Positions 36,461-49,799 of a stretch of 64,000 nt of DNA are shown here, in pieces (the stretch's first letter is position 1; each line of letters begins with the position of its first letter). Position numbers and translations under genes: made by a program. The stretch covers positions 16,926,001-16,990,000 of the forward strand of contig NC_090342.1 in NCBI RefSeq assembly GCF_035084215.1, written 5' to 3'. The stretch is from Heptranchias perlo (lineage: Eukaryota). Below the pieces are notes generated by a model that was not told the DNA's origin, searched no databases, and saw only the letters and a program-made list of their open reading frames with translations.

Positions 36461-37194
36461 ATACAGTTTGATGAATCAGTTAGCCATGCTTAATTTTAAC
36501 CCAATGTGTATTATAACCAGCAAGAAAGAATTCAATAAATAATTCATCGAAAGAAAGACAGAAAAACCTCACAAAGAAACATTAGCCCACCTAGTTCATT
36601 GATTGAAAAGGAACTGACTGCTATTTTGTGGAGAATGCAGGGCAAATGACTCCATTAATGGTACATTACATTTCTCTGCCATCAATGCAAACCTTGTCAT
36701 CATAAACTGCTATTTCAGTATTTTCTCTCCATCACTATTTTTGTATAATATTTATTATTACATGAACACAGACATATAGCCATACGGATATTAAACTACA
36801 TGTTTGTTCATGTTTGAAGCTTTTGTGAAGACTGAATTCCATTCAATATGAAGTATAATGGTTGAGTTTCTCTTCATTGCTGTAACATAACCTACTGGAC
36901 TATCGCATGAAAATACTGCACAGAATAATATTGGTAGGATTATCATCAGAATGCAGTATGTGTCAACACGAACTACTAAGCTATGGCAAGATATCCAAGA
37001 CAACAGAACCTTCGGCAATATTTTTTCTATGCATGCTGCAAAGTGTACCAAAATAAATGAAAATCTAGAACCAAATGAAATGATGTAAATGTGTTCATTA
37101 GATGAACAAAATCCCCAAATATTTGCTACAACTGTGATTTCTCTTCAAATGGCTTCTCCTCCCTGCCCGCCTGGTCACCTCCTGTGGGTCACGG

Positions 37195-39020
37195 GCTACG
37201 TTCCTCCCATTCATCATTTACATACTACATTCAGCAACATCATTTGCAAGCACACAGTCAAATTTCAGCTTTACCTCTCTGCCACCAACTTTCACTTGAG
37301 AACTGTTGCTTTACTATTCAACTGGATGTTTGATACCAAGTCCTGGACTAGTCAAAATTTCCTATAGCTTAACACTGGCAAAGTCAAATCCATTCTGTTC
37401 AGCTCTCACCAGCACTTATATACCTCTGGCTCAGACTCCATCAACCTCTCTGGTTATCCACTTAGGCTAGATTTTAGTTTGATCCTAGTCACCAGGAATT
37501 TCTTCTTACGTTTTATGCCCTCCCTCACCTCACCACCGCCGAAATTTAATGATGCATTTGCAAACAAGAGGGGCTGAATGGCCTACTGCTGTTCCTATGA
37601 AACCCTTATCCAAGCCTTCATTTTCAGATTTGATTTCTCAAATGCTTTCTGTGTAGGCTTCCTCACCTCCACCTTACACGAACTTGAGTTAATCCAGAGC
37701 ACCCCAGCCCAGGTCGCCACGTTCTCAAAGTCCCATTCATCCATCCTCCAGTCCTCGCCAGTGCCCACTAATTCCCTGTGCCCCAGCAAATTGATTTCAA
37801 GATTCTCATCCTCATTTAAAAATCCTTCCATAGACTATCACTACCCTATATGAGAAATCCTCTCACCTCATGGGCGTGATTTTAAAAGGGAAAAATGGGT
37901 GGGTTGGGGGCATTCAAAATTGCAACCATTTCGGATCCACCCCCAACCCACTCCCAACCTGCCTCCAACCCAGCCACATCCGGTTTTCACCGGGGTGAGG
38001 TGAGGGGCAGGTGACCAACCAGCTCCCAGGAGGCAGACTGGTGATTAAAACGTTTCAAGGAGGCTGCAGGCCCCCATTTTTCCAGAGTTTCCAATTTCAA
38101 CCCCTGGGGGCCGGGATTCCCGGGCCTTCTTTTTTACGCCACGTGAAAAGAGGCGAAAAGGCCCAAAACTAACAGGTATGTGCCTTTCTGGCACAGTTTG
38201 TGGGCCCGGAGGAGCAGGAGTACTTCCCCCAGGCCCAACAAGCCGACCTGCAGCAAACCCCCAGTGATCGCGGACACCCCCTGATCTCCGACACCCCATA
38301 ATCATCACGGACCCCTCGAATCCCCGCGATGACCCCTGATCCTGACACTCCCGCCCCCCCCGTGACTGACCCCTGATCCCTCCCCCCATGACTAACTCCC
38401 CACCACCCCGTGACACCCATGCCCACTGGTGCCCCCATGCCAACCTATGCCAACCCATGCACCAGCCCATGCTCACACATGAACCCTGTCACCCGTGCCC
38501 ACCCATTCCCCCCATGCCACTCTTCCCATCCATACAAACAAAGACTTACCTGAAGACTTACCCGAACACGTTCTCTCCCTGGCTGCTCTACCATCCGACT
38601 GAGACCAGCCTGTCAATCAGGCTGGTCAGTCGGACGGCAAACTGACAAAAAAAGAGACATCCCTCTGTCAAAATCGTAAAGATATCCGGGAAACCCGTAC
38701 TTCCGGCTCGGGGTCAAAATCATGCCCCATATTTCCCAGCCTGTGCCTTCTGTTCCTCTACACTTATGCTTCTTCATGTTATTGTTATTACTGTTATTAG
38801 AGGCGAATCCTTCATCCACTATGGGAAACCAACTTCACCTTTCTACCTCTCACTCTTTCTCTTGCTTTCAAATGCATCATTAAAACCTATCTTTGCACTA
38901 TATCTTGGGTGACCCTGTCTAAATTCCTTCACATTTTCCTTTGTCTCCATCACCCCATTTGCAAATTGCACTGAAATGTTCTTTCATGTGAGAAAAGCCA
39001 TATAAGTATAAATTGTTGCT
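37195..39020 (+). mobile_element. Old L2-clade LINE remnant interrupted by a MITE
   Basis: DTKSWTSQNFL and ETLIQAFIFRFDFSNAF...LELIQSTPAQV resemble the L2 ORF2 C-terminal region. Confidence 0.6.
37872..38727. mobile_element. Harbinger-type MITE
   Basis: TIRs GGGCGTGATTTT and AAAATCATGCCC, TSD CAT, C-rich repetitive interior. Confidence 0.85.
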
Positions 39021-39579
39021 GTGTTTCCATGTTCATTTCCTATTCTGCAGACTAGAAAGAGTAGGGTAGATGTTAACTTTCGTGTGCCAGACCAGCAGAG
39101 CGTGCTGTCCAGCCGGCCAATAGTGCCAGCTGGAGGCCTGGTCTATTTTGAGAGCCGGGCCTCATTAACATGCCCGCTGCTGCTCACCGACTCTGGACTG
39201 GTGCAATATCGAGTAGCCCAGAGGCAACCTGGCCAACAGCAAGGGGTGGCGGTGGCCCATGTTAATCTTGTTCAACCCGAAAGAGTGCGTCCTCCTGGAC
39301 TCTCAGAAATTATTTTAAACTTATCGTTTTTTGTCCTCTTTGGCTGTACCGTAAAACTGAGCGGTCATGGCGCATGGTCCTCCCAGTTTTCTCCCAAAAT
39401 GGCAATCGGGGTCCTACGTCCGTCTTATTAAAAGGGCTTACCACCTGAAACATGCGGCCCCTTTCAGGATGGCATCGACTGGATCAAGTGTTTGAACAGG
39501 ATTTTCCCCGCAATTTTTGGGACGCTACTTACTGCCCTGATTAAACCCTTTGAGCCTGTGAAAATCTCCTCCCTTTAAA

Positions 39580-39997
39580 AAGAAAAATCTGTAAATGCTG
39601 GAAATTTTGTCATTAAAACAAATAGTGAGGATATATAACAGATCAGTCAGCATCTGCAAAGAAAAAAAGATGGTTTAACATTTTGGGTGCAGGCCCTTCA
39701 GCAGAACTGGAAATTAGAAAATAAAAGAGAGTGAGAACAACAGGTAAAAAAGAATTAATAACGTTGCCTTCTATCACTCAGAGGCAGATAATAGGTTTAC
39801 TGGGTTTTTCAGAGGTAAAAATTGATGAAAATTACACAAAAGACTTCTTGGTGAGGTAATGAAAAGGCATTAAAAGATATGAAAAAAATTATTTTCCAGT
39901 TCTGACAAAGGGTTTATACCCAAAACGTTAGTCTGTATTTCCTCTTTTTAGATGGTGATGAACCTGTCAGATATTTCCATCCTTTTCTGTTTTTATT
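39580..39997. mobile_element. Inverted pair of decayed Penelope 3' tails (family 2)
   Basis: 39580-39715 and 39893-39997 resemble 58755-58890 in opposite orientations. Confidence 0.55.
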
Positions 39998-40045
39998 TAA
40001 AAGAGCTCCATCCCTATCTGAATGCATATATCCTAAGTCATGATA

Positions 40046-42140
40046 TCATAGAATCATAGAAAGGTTACAGGATGGAAGGAGGCCATTCGGCCCATTGAGT
40101 CCGCACCGGCTCTATGCAAGAGCAATCAAGCTAGTCCCATTCCCCCGCCCTATCCCCATAGCCCTGCAATTTTTTTCCTTTCAAGTACTTATCCAGTTCC
40201 CTTTTGAAAGCCACGATTGAATCTGCCTCCACCACCCCCTTGGTCAGTGTATTCCAGATCCTAACCACTCGCTGTGTAAAAAAGTTTTTCCTCATGTCAC
40301 CTTTGGTTCTTTTGCCAATCACTTTAAATCTATGTCCTCTGGTTCTTGACCCTTCTGCCAATGGGAACAGTTTCTCTCTATCTACTCTGCCTAGACCTTT
40401 CATGATTTTGAATACCTCTATCAAATCTCCTTGCAACCGTCTCTGTTCCAAGGAGAACAACCCCAGCTTCTCCAGTCTATCCACATAACTAAAGTCCCTC
40501 ATCCCTGGAATCATTGTCATAAATCTCTTCTGCACCCTCTCTAAGGCCTTCACGTCTTTCCTAAGTGCAGTGCCCAGAACTGGATACAATACTCCAGTTG
40601 TGGCCGAACCAGTGTTTTATAAAGGACCATCATGATTTCCATACTTTTGTATTCTATGCATCTATTTATAAAGCCTGAAAGCTTTTTTAACCGCTTTCTC
40701 AACCTGCCCTGCCACTTTCAACGATTTGTGCACATATATACCCAGATCTCTCTGTTCCTGTACCCCTTTTAAAGTCATGCCCTCTAGTTTATATTGCCTC
40801 TCCTCGTTCTTCCTACCGAAATGTATCACTTCGCATTTTTCTGCGTTAAATTTCATCTGCCACGTGTCCTCCCCTGCCACCAGCCTGTCTATATCCTGTT
40901 GAAGTCTATCACTATCCTCCTCACTGTTTACTACCCTTCCAAGTTTTGTGTCATCTGCAAATTTTGAAATTGTGCCCTGTACACCCAAGTCTAAGTCATT
41001 AATATATATCAAGAAAAGCAGTGGTCCCATCATCGGCCCCTGAGGAACACCACTGTACACTTCCCTCCAGTCCAAAAAACAACCGTTCACCACTACTCTC
41101 TGTTTCCTGTCACTTAGCCAATTCTGTATCCATGTAGCTACTGTCAACCTTTATTCCATGGGCTGCAATCTTGATGATAAGCCTACCATGTGGCACTTTA
41201 TCAAACGCCTTTTGAAAGTCCATATACATCACATCAACTGCACTGCCCTCATCTACCCTCTCTGTCACCTCATCAAAAAACTTTATCAAGTTAGTTAAAC
41301 ACGATTTGCCTTTAACAAATCTGTGCTGGCTTTCCCTAATCAATCCACACTTATCCAAGTGACTGTTAATTCTGTCCCGGATTATCATTTCTAAAAGATT
41401 CCCCACCAGTGAGGTTAAACTGACTGGCCTATAGTTGCTGGGTTTATCCTTACACCCTTTTTTGAACAAGGGTGTAACATTTGCAATTCTCCTGTCATCT
41501 GGCACCACTCCCGTATCTACGGATGTTTGGAAGATTATGGCCAGTACCTCCGCAATTTCCACCCTTACTTCCCTCAGCAACCTAGGATGCATCCCATCCG
41601 GACCAGCTGACTTATCAACTTTAAGTACAGCTTGCCTTTCAAGTACCTCTTCTTTATCAATTTTTAGCCCATCCTGTATCTCAACTATACCTTCCTTTAC
41701 TGAGACTCTGGCAGCATATTTTTCCTTGATAAAGACAGAGGAAAAGTAACATTTAGTACCTCGGCCATCCCCTCTGCCTCCATGAGTAGACCTCCTTTAT
41801 GGTCCCTAATCGGCCCCACCCCTCCTCTTACTACCTGTTTACTATTTACATGCCTGTAGACGTCTTTTGGATTCCCTTTTATGTTGGCCACCAGTCTATT
41901 CTCATATTCTCTCTTTGCCCCTCTTATTTCCTTTTTCACTTCCCCTCTGAACTTTCTATATTCTGCCTGGTTCTCACTTTGTTATCAACTTGACATCTGT
42001 CATATGCCCCTTTTTTTCCGTTTCATCTTACTCACTATGTTCCTTTGTCATCCAGGGAGCTCTGGCTTTAGTTGTCCTGCCTTTCTGCCTTGTGGGAATG
42101 TGCCTAGATTGTACCTGAACCATCTCTTCTTTAAAGGCCA
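40046..42140 (-). mobile_element. 5'-truncated CR1 LINE with frameshifts
   Basis: ORF pieces 41697..41939, 41110..41592, 40662..41147 and 40131..40589 carry CR1 RT motifs. The tail reads TCATAGAATCATAGAA on +. Confidence 0.95.
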
Positions 42141-42480
42141 TATAATCACTTTTGTCAAACAAAGTCATTGATCTTAACAAAGGTTTAATTTGCTCAGAGT
42201 TAAAGTATTATCTTGGGCATTAGATTTCACAGTAAGTGGTATTAGGTTAAAGTTTATGGTCATTTATGGCTGCCATCATGTTATTAATGTTACACGTAGA
42301 GATAAGAATCAAAGTTTAAAAAAAATCAATAATCTGTGTAGAATTAAAAGTTAATGTATAGCTATAGCAGAACAGAAAAAGGCATTGTACTTGAGGCGCT
42401 ACAGAGCAATATCATGGCAAATCTTTAATCACGTCAATGGAAACTAAATCAGTAGCTAGACCTCTGCTTGATTACACACA

Positions 42481-42609
42481 TGATGTGGAGATGCCGGTGA
42501 TGGACTGGGGTTGACAATTGTAAACAATTTTACAACACCAAGTTATAGTCCAGCAATTTTATTTTAAATTCACAAGCTTTCGGAGACTTCCTCCTTCCTC
42601 AGGTAAAAC
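42481..42609 (-). mobile_element. Solo Penelope pseudo-LTR (129 bp) with a hammerhead motif
   Basis: Matches 49800-49925. 10-bp TSD ATTACACACA. Sense strand reads CTGAGGA AGGAG..CTCC GAAA GCTT GTGA. Confidence 0.88.
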
Positions 42610-44298
42610 ATTACACACAAACTGAGGACCATAGGAAAATGCAAGACCAAGGAAGTCTATCTGGCTGGAGAGGAAAGTAAGGATAATTCAAGTCTCTAGA
42701 TTTCTAAAATGAGGGAAGGGCCTGTGCATCAGTTCAGACTTATAATTTCCAGTGTCTACTCCTGCTGCCTCAGAAAGCATTTCTCTCTAGTTTTTCTATC
42801 TCCATTATCTCCTGTTTTTAGTCATCCACATGAGTGCAGAACCTACTGTTTCATGTTCTCAGTATGGACATCCTTTTCTGAGGCAGACTGGTCAGAACCC
42901 AACAGATCTTGCTAGAGAGACCACAAATTGAATCAGGGTCTTCCAGTAAAGTAAGTGCCAGTAACATTCGGATCTACGAAAAAAAAATTCCACTTTTGAC
43001 ACTGTGCCTATCTTTAATAATCCCAGTGGAGGGTAAAGAATTTTGTAAGAACTTTAACATGAAGAAGGTGCAATCCAACATTAAAGGGAGCTTTGTCAAC
43101 ATTTTTACACATTTTACAACCTTTAGTGATTTATAAATTTATATTATGATGAGTGAGGATATAATCTTTATTGCAGAAGGAAGGGAGCGAAAAAGACGAT
43201 GTCAAAGAACAAAATATAAGAAAAGGCAAAGAAACCAAGAGAAATTATACAAAAGAAAAAAGGCAAATTGAAATATATATATAAAAAAGAAAGTAGGTGA
43301 AATGGAAAAATAGTTTAAAAAATTACAGGATAAAAAAAATTATTCCATTAAAAAAGTTGTTACAAACAGAAAAAATGGAGTATATGTTTGTGAGTGTCTG
43401 AGGACAAATGAAAATATAACAAAGAAAGCAGGAGACATATTCGCCTTGAGCAACAATTTTCCTATTTCTCATTATTTTCCAGTTAAGCTGTGAAGCTTAA
43501 AGGGTATTTCCAAGAGTGCTGGCCTATTGATGATCTTCATCAATGCCACTTGAATTTCTTGTAACCTTCAATTTGGGTACTTTAAAATGAGAAACCCCTC
43601 ATTATTTGGGTAGAATTCATTAGATTGCCCAATTTATAAATAGGAGTTTGGTTCAATTCCTGCTTTTTGTCCCTAAGGCCGTTCCGTCCATACATCTCCA
43701 ACAAGGAAAGCAACATATTTCCACATAGTTTGAGAGATGAATCTCCCTGTGCCTACTATTGCCGACTCTACACCCACCATGTTAGTTTTAATACAAGATA
43801 TTTCTCAACTTCGGTGAGGCCCTTTAGAGTAGAGCTTTGTTGTAAATGTATTGCAGCAGCCAATTTCATCTACTGTATGCTCTATATATCACCACACTAA
43901 GAAAGTTACCTGAAATGGAATAATATAATAAGGCTGAATAGAAGGGATATCAGTCATATTTTATAAAAACCTTAACTAATATTATAAACATTTATTGGGA
44001 AACACTTGGTAGGTCTAACCACAGACTAGACTCCTTTTAAGAGAGTATCAGTTGAAGTCTATAAATTAACTGCCATCAAACTCAGCTATCCTTAGCCAAT
44101 GGGCTTTCTCAGGCATAGCCCAGTTAAAGCATTCACAAAGTCAGAGTGCTTCACTGTGTGAGAAGAAACTGCATTCCTATCCTGCTTTTTGAAAGCACGA
44201 ATTCAAACTGTCTCAGTATAGTATTTAGAGTAGTCTGTGACCAGAACGTCCCATTTCCTTTCTGAAATAGAATACCATGTTGCCAGGGAAGTGACATA

Positions 44299-45260
44299 GG
44301 GCACGTTTTTAGCATGGAGCCAGGAACTGAGCGGGTGGGTACATTATCGCGTGGGGAACCTGGAGGTCAAGTTAGCATGCTGGATTCTGCGATCGCAACT
44401 CAATTGAATGCAATTGATTTTACTTCTGGGTTTCCTGCGCGACAGCCAGCCAGATTGACAGGTTGGAAGGCTGTCGGGAGGGAAGGCAGCTGGGAGTCGG
44501 AGAGGAGGAGGGAGGGACAGATTGTGGGCCATGGAGGATATGGGTGGCGGGGAAGCCTTATGCCGGAGATGGCCAATGGGGGGAGTCTCGACCATACTGG
44601 GGGGTCTCAACCATTGTGGGGTGGGGGGGGGCTCTCGACCATGGGGGGGTTCTTGACCATGGTTTTTTTAAAAATTCATTTATGGGATGTGGGCTTCGCT
44701 GGCGAGGCCGGCATTTATTGCCCATCCCTAATTGCCCTTGAGAAGGTGGTGGTGAGCCGCCTTCTTGAACCGCTGCAGTCCGTTGGTCTCAACCATAGGA
44801 AGGGGGGAGTCTCAGCGTGATTGATGGTTTAATATCCTAACCAGCAATTTGTGAGATGGGGGTGGTTGGGGGTAATGAGAGTTTGTGATCCGATACCAGA
44901 ATTTCCACTCAGTGGTGGGGAGGAGAAGGCTTGTTGTCCTAATCTAGAATTTCTGCTATGTGGTCGTATGTTGTGGGGATACATTTGGCCTTATGGTCAT
45001 TTTTTGGGGGGTGGGGGGGAGGTTGTCTCCGGATATATACTTACTGGCTTGGTTCCCCATCTTTGATCAGTGAGTGGGTTTTGATTTTTATTTTTTGCTA
45101 AATTGAGTGGGGGCAATGTTTATTATTGTACCGGGGGTTGTAAAAAGTGATGCAATGGTGGTGCTGTAGGTGAGATATATCTTTTCATTGGTTGCAATAC
45201 TTGCTAGTTGATCTTCCATGGAATTGCACGTGGGAGTCAAAACTAATGCAATTTTTCACG
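44299..45260. mobile_element. Degenerate GC-rich non-autonomous DNA element containing a LINE A 3' tail (44668-44783, -)
   Basis: TTCTGGGTTT...GACAGCCAGCCAGATTGACAGG block is shared with the MITEs. 44680-44783 matches 1492-1590. Confidence 0.55.
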
Positions 45261-45289
45261 TCATAGAAGGGAGATATTTGAACCAAGAC

Positions 45290-45563
45290 AGGGAGGGGAG
45301 GGGTAAGAGAAAGGGAGAGAGTGAGAATAGTGAAGGCAGACTGAGTGAGGGGGAGTGAGGGAAGGGAGAGGCAGCGAGGGGAGGAATGGGGAGGGGAGAG
45401 AGGGTAGATACAAGGTCAGGACAGGGGAAGGGTGGGGTGAGGGAGAGATGAGGGGAGAGAAGGATGGTAAGGAAGAGGAGAGAGGGAAAATGAAAGAGGA
45501 GGGGATGAATAGAAAGGGAGCAGGAGAATAGGAGGGGAAGGTGAGGTGGAGATGGAGAGAAGG
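45290..45563 (+). repeat. Polypurine (G/A-rich) low-complexity tract
   Basis: About 270 bp of almost only G and A on the + strand. Confidence 0.85.
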
Positions 45564-46379
45564 GATTTCAAGATCAGTGCAATATAAGCAACATTCATTT
45601 TTTGAATTTCTTAACAGCAGTAGCGTTAGCATTAAAAGATGAAAACCGTAACGGATGTCCCTGACAGTTATATTCACTGCATATGGCAAATGTGGTGGAT
45701 TCAATCAAAAGGCCTGTCAACCACTGCTGAGGGAAGGCTCAGCTGAGGAAAAAGAAGGACCTTTAGGAACTCTGGTGTGGAAAATAGATTTATTAGAGCA
45801 GATATGAAAGAGAAGGAGAAAATTAGAGAAATGGATGAAGTATTACTGGAAGTGGGGTGGGAAGAAACACAATCCAAATATTTGTGGGAGTCCGAGCTTG
45901 TAATAAATATCTATGGAAAGCCTGTTGCCAAAGATGGAGAGAGAGAAAGCCAGAAAAAGAAGGGAAGAGATGGACCACACAAAGGCAAATAATGGATGAG
46001 AATTGAAAACACATTTGGAGATCTACAATTTTTATTAACAATACAGTCAAGTTCTTATAAAATGTTATGATCCTTTCAAATAACTTGACTGCAGAATCTT
46101 CTAATATTTCAGATGTTGTCATCATTCTTAAAAATATAAGTTTGTGCACACACTCAACTTTGATTCAGGGTGTTAACAATTGATTATTTTCAGTTTATTT
46201 AATTTAACTGAGTGATGGCTGGAAGAGTGAATAGAGACCCAACACAAACAACTCTCAGCCAAATGTTTGCCTGAGAGAACTGAGAGACCAGCTGCAATCC
46301 ATAAGCTTTTCTGGAGATGTGTCAATCAAAGGCCAAATTAACTTCTGCAAGAATCTCGCTTCTGTTTCACTGGCGAGTT

Positions 46380-46677
46380 TGAGAAGCCATGGGAAACCCA
46401 TTCATGTAAGGTAAAATTCATTTCAGGTTCAGAATCCACAAAAAATTAAGTACCTCAACTGTTTAAATTACCTACATTGCCCCTTTAACAAGCCGGCCGC
46501 CGGCATTAATAGGGGACGTGACTTCCAGGATTCGGATGCCTGTGCGCATCTAAACGCGCCTGGGTTAAACCCGGAAGTGGGCGCGTCCGAGCCAGGTTGC
46601 GGTCCCACTGATTAAATCAACAATTTTTACCACTCACCCGCCTCAGCCCACCAGTTCCAGGGGGTTAAAATTATCCC
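46380..46677. mobile_element. One end of a Harbinger-type non-autonomous element
   Basis: Matches 1350-1393 plus 6554-6783. Confidence 0.6.
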
Positions 46678-48156
46678 ATAGTGTTAATGTGATGGAAGAA
46701 AACTGATTAAGCAAATAAATACATTTCATTTTCACATTATACAAAATGTAATTCCTATAAATTGACAAAGCAGAACTGCGACTGTTTCGCTATGTATTTA
46801 AGCAACTGTCATGTTCAGACAACTAATAGAGAACAATGCCACCTGGTTTCTTACTTTTAATCAGCATTCTTCTTATTCTAACTTTGTATTTGAGAATTCT
46901 GCATAATCTCTACATTTAGATACCAGCAGTTTTTGTTAGAATTGGTTGTAAATTTGTTTTTAATACCTAGATCTCCACAAGGAGCAATTTTAATATCAAG
47001 ATTTGCACTGTTCAAATATTTAATGTGAAATACCAGTCTGGCCACAATCCAATTACCAGCAAAACAAACTCATTGTAGTAAATGATATCAATGTTGTACT
47101 TAAATAAACTAAACAGGTAATTATCATTTTAAATATAGTGGTACCCCTTTATAATTGTTACTTGCCATATTAAAAGATTATTACAAGTGGGGTTTCACTC
47201 TAAAGGAAAGTGCTGTAGATGGGCTTAATAGTTTTTCTTTGTGAATTTGTTGTAGTGTAGCTGGAGACAATGTAAGCACTGTTTCTTTATTTTTCTGGTT
47301 TGTGGGTTTAAGCGTTTGTGCTTTCAGCGTTACATCACTGTCACAGCCGCCTCCCTCCACAAAGTGGATACCATATTCTTGGCACGTCTCTGGCTTTCAA
47401 CCCCAAACAGACCATGCCCCCTGCTCTGTATGTCTGTTACAAGCACATGGCAGTCTGGCTCCTTGAAGTTTGATACTCATTTCTTCGATCTGACTGCCAT
47501 CCTTGTCACCCAGTTTGCCTGCTTCTTCCAGTGCTGCCATTGCCCCTTCAAGCAGCAGCAGATTTTATAACCTCCCCCACCATCCCCGTTCCCCCCGATT
47601 CTGCCCCCATTCTGTCCTCCGGGTAGTTTCCAGGTCCCTCTGCAAAGGCCCCATTTAGGGCTTAACTCCCACCTGCACTGTACTCCAGTGTATCTGAGGC
47701 ATTACAGGCTATATTTACACAGCCTGCAGCCATCTGCTTATTTAAATTAGCTGACCTCGTAATTTATTATGGGGTCAACACTGCGATCTGAAAACCAGGG
47801 AAAGTCCCACAGTTCCTCAGTTACATGGCATCTTGCACCATCAGACTTTTGGGCCCAAAGACGTTAATCACATCAGTCAGTTTTAGATTCAAACCAAAGT
47901 AATAAGCTTTGGAAGTAAAAGGTCAGCGCATTAAGTCACTGCATAACTAGTTCCATCACTGATATGTGTTTTAAAAGATTCATAATTTATTTACCTCACA
48001 TATGATGTAAAATAAAATAATCTCTCAAATTAGTATTAAGACCCTAATAGTCCCTAGAGATTGGAGGAGGAAACTGTTAGCTGAGGTTCCTTAATATGCA
48101 CATGTATCATCATGCATTGAAGAGAAAACATATAGGGAACTATTTAAATATATAGG

Positions 48157-48592
48157 TGTCAACCGTGGCACTTTCACCTCTAAGTTAGAAGGTTCAATTC
48201 CCGCTCTAGAGACTTGAGCACAAAATCTATGCTGACACTCCAGTGCTGTATTAAGGGAGTGCTGCACTGTTGGTGTTGCTGTCTTTCAGATGTGATGTTA
48301 AACTGAGGCCCCGTCTGCCCTCTCAGGCGGATGTAAAGGATTACATGGCACTATTTCAAAGAAGAGCAGGGGAGTTATTCCAAGTGTCCTGGCCAATATT
48401 TATCTCTCAACCAACATCACTAAAACAGATTATCTGGTCATTATCACATTGCTGTTTACAGGACATTGCTATCTGCAAATTTCCCACATTACAACAGTGA
48501 CGACACTTCAAAAGTACTTCATTGGCTGTAAAGCACTTTGGGACATCCTGAGGTCATTAAAGGTGCTATATAAATGCAAGTCTCTCTTTCTC
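48157..48592 (+). mobile_element. Near full-length tRNA-derived Deu-domain SINE (SacSINE1-like); fragments also at about 935-1065, 9880-10120, 54110-54545, 60020-60300 and 63840-64000
   Basis: tRNA-like head, central GGGAGTGCTGCACTGTTGG...TTAAACTGAGGCCCCGTCTGCC block, and an L2-like tail GCTATATAAATGCAAGT. Confidence 0.75.
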
Positions 48593-49799
48593 TTTTAAAT
48601 AAATGGTTCGAAAACCATGCTCAGTGCATGCCCAAATTTCCTATTTGTGCTCCCAAAAGGTGAAGCTCCATGCTGAGAGTGCCAGGTAAGAAAATTGCCC
48701 CTAAGGTGCAAAAGACCCATAACATGGAGTCTCTCAGACTAGGTTTGGAACTGGATCAATGGAGCGCCAGTACACTTTATCTACATAGCCTGACAATTTG
48801 TACATAAGCCTCTAGGTAGTAATTCAATTCTGTTAGTGGCTGGAAAACAGTTCAAATGATTGCAAAAACTAAAAATGGAGCTTATTTACATTTTCAACAG
48901 GATCATTAGATAATTGTGCAGCTCTTAAATGTCATTAAAAAAACATATCTTTTTATTAATTGCAAAGGGAAGGTATAAGGACAATTAAGTACTGGTATGC
49001 TTAACCCCAAGTCTTTCGATCAAAGGAAATAGTTTCTCCTACATCAGCAATTCTTTCATAGATAGCTCCAGATCCTTCAAACAATTTAAAATATTTTATC
49101 CAAGGATCCTAAAAAAGGCATTCTCTGAAGAAAATAATAATGCAAATAGATTTTCAACTTCATTATATGAACAATTAAGGATGTCTCCTTGAATGACTAA
49201 GCTGGTTGAGGTGATAGCTGGGTGTCTGGACCATACATTCAAGGAAGGTCCCAAGTTTAATTCCTGTTTTGTGCTGAGTTGGCTGATGTTAGCCAGCAGA
49301 TGCACCTCTTGATTACTAACCAGTGATCCCTGCTTGAAACGTGAATTTGTGGACAGGGACTGGGGACAAACTAATCTTAGCTGCGATGCCTGCCCCAACC
49401 ACCAGTTGTCTAGGGTAACACATTAAGAAATAAAAGACAATGTCAAGTTACTGAAGACCATCTGACACTCTTTCGAACCACAAACCAGCAAAATATCAAC
49501 ACCTTCAGGAGAGGAGAAAGGGCAGGAGGAAAAATGGAGAAATAAAGAAGGAAAAAATGTCACATGGAAGAGAGCCTAGAAGTGCTGGGGAACATATTGT
49601 GGGAGTAGAACTTGCTCTTTAGTGCATGAAGTATACACAAACCTGCTAGAGTTCAAAATTATTTATCATCATTAATATTATTGTTATTTTGTTCTCATAT
49701 ACTCGAATATGGTGAAAGTGATGCCTTCCAATTTTGTGGGAGTTGAAATCAAGACAGAGAAACAATTTCTCATTTTTTGATTCACTGGCCAGAATTTTA

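Noticed and set aside
45261-45704. 147-aa Pro/Ser/Leu-rich ORF
   Set aside because: It is a by-product of the polypurine tract.
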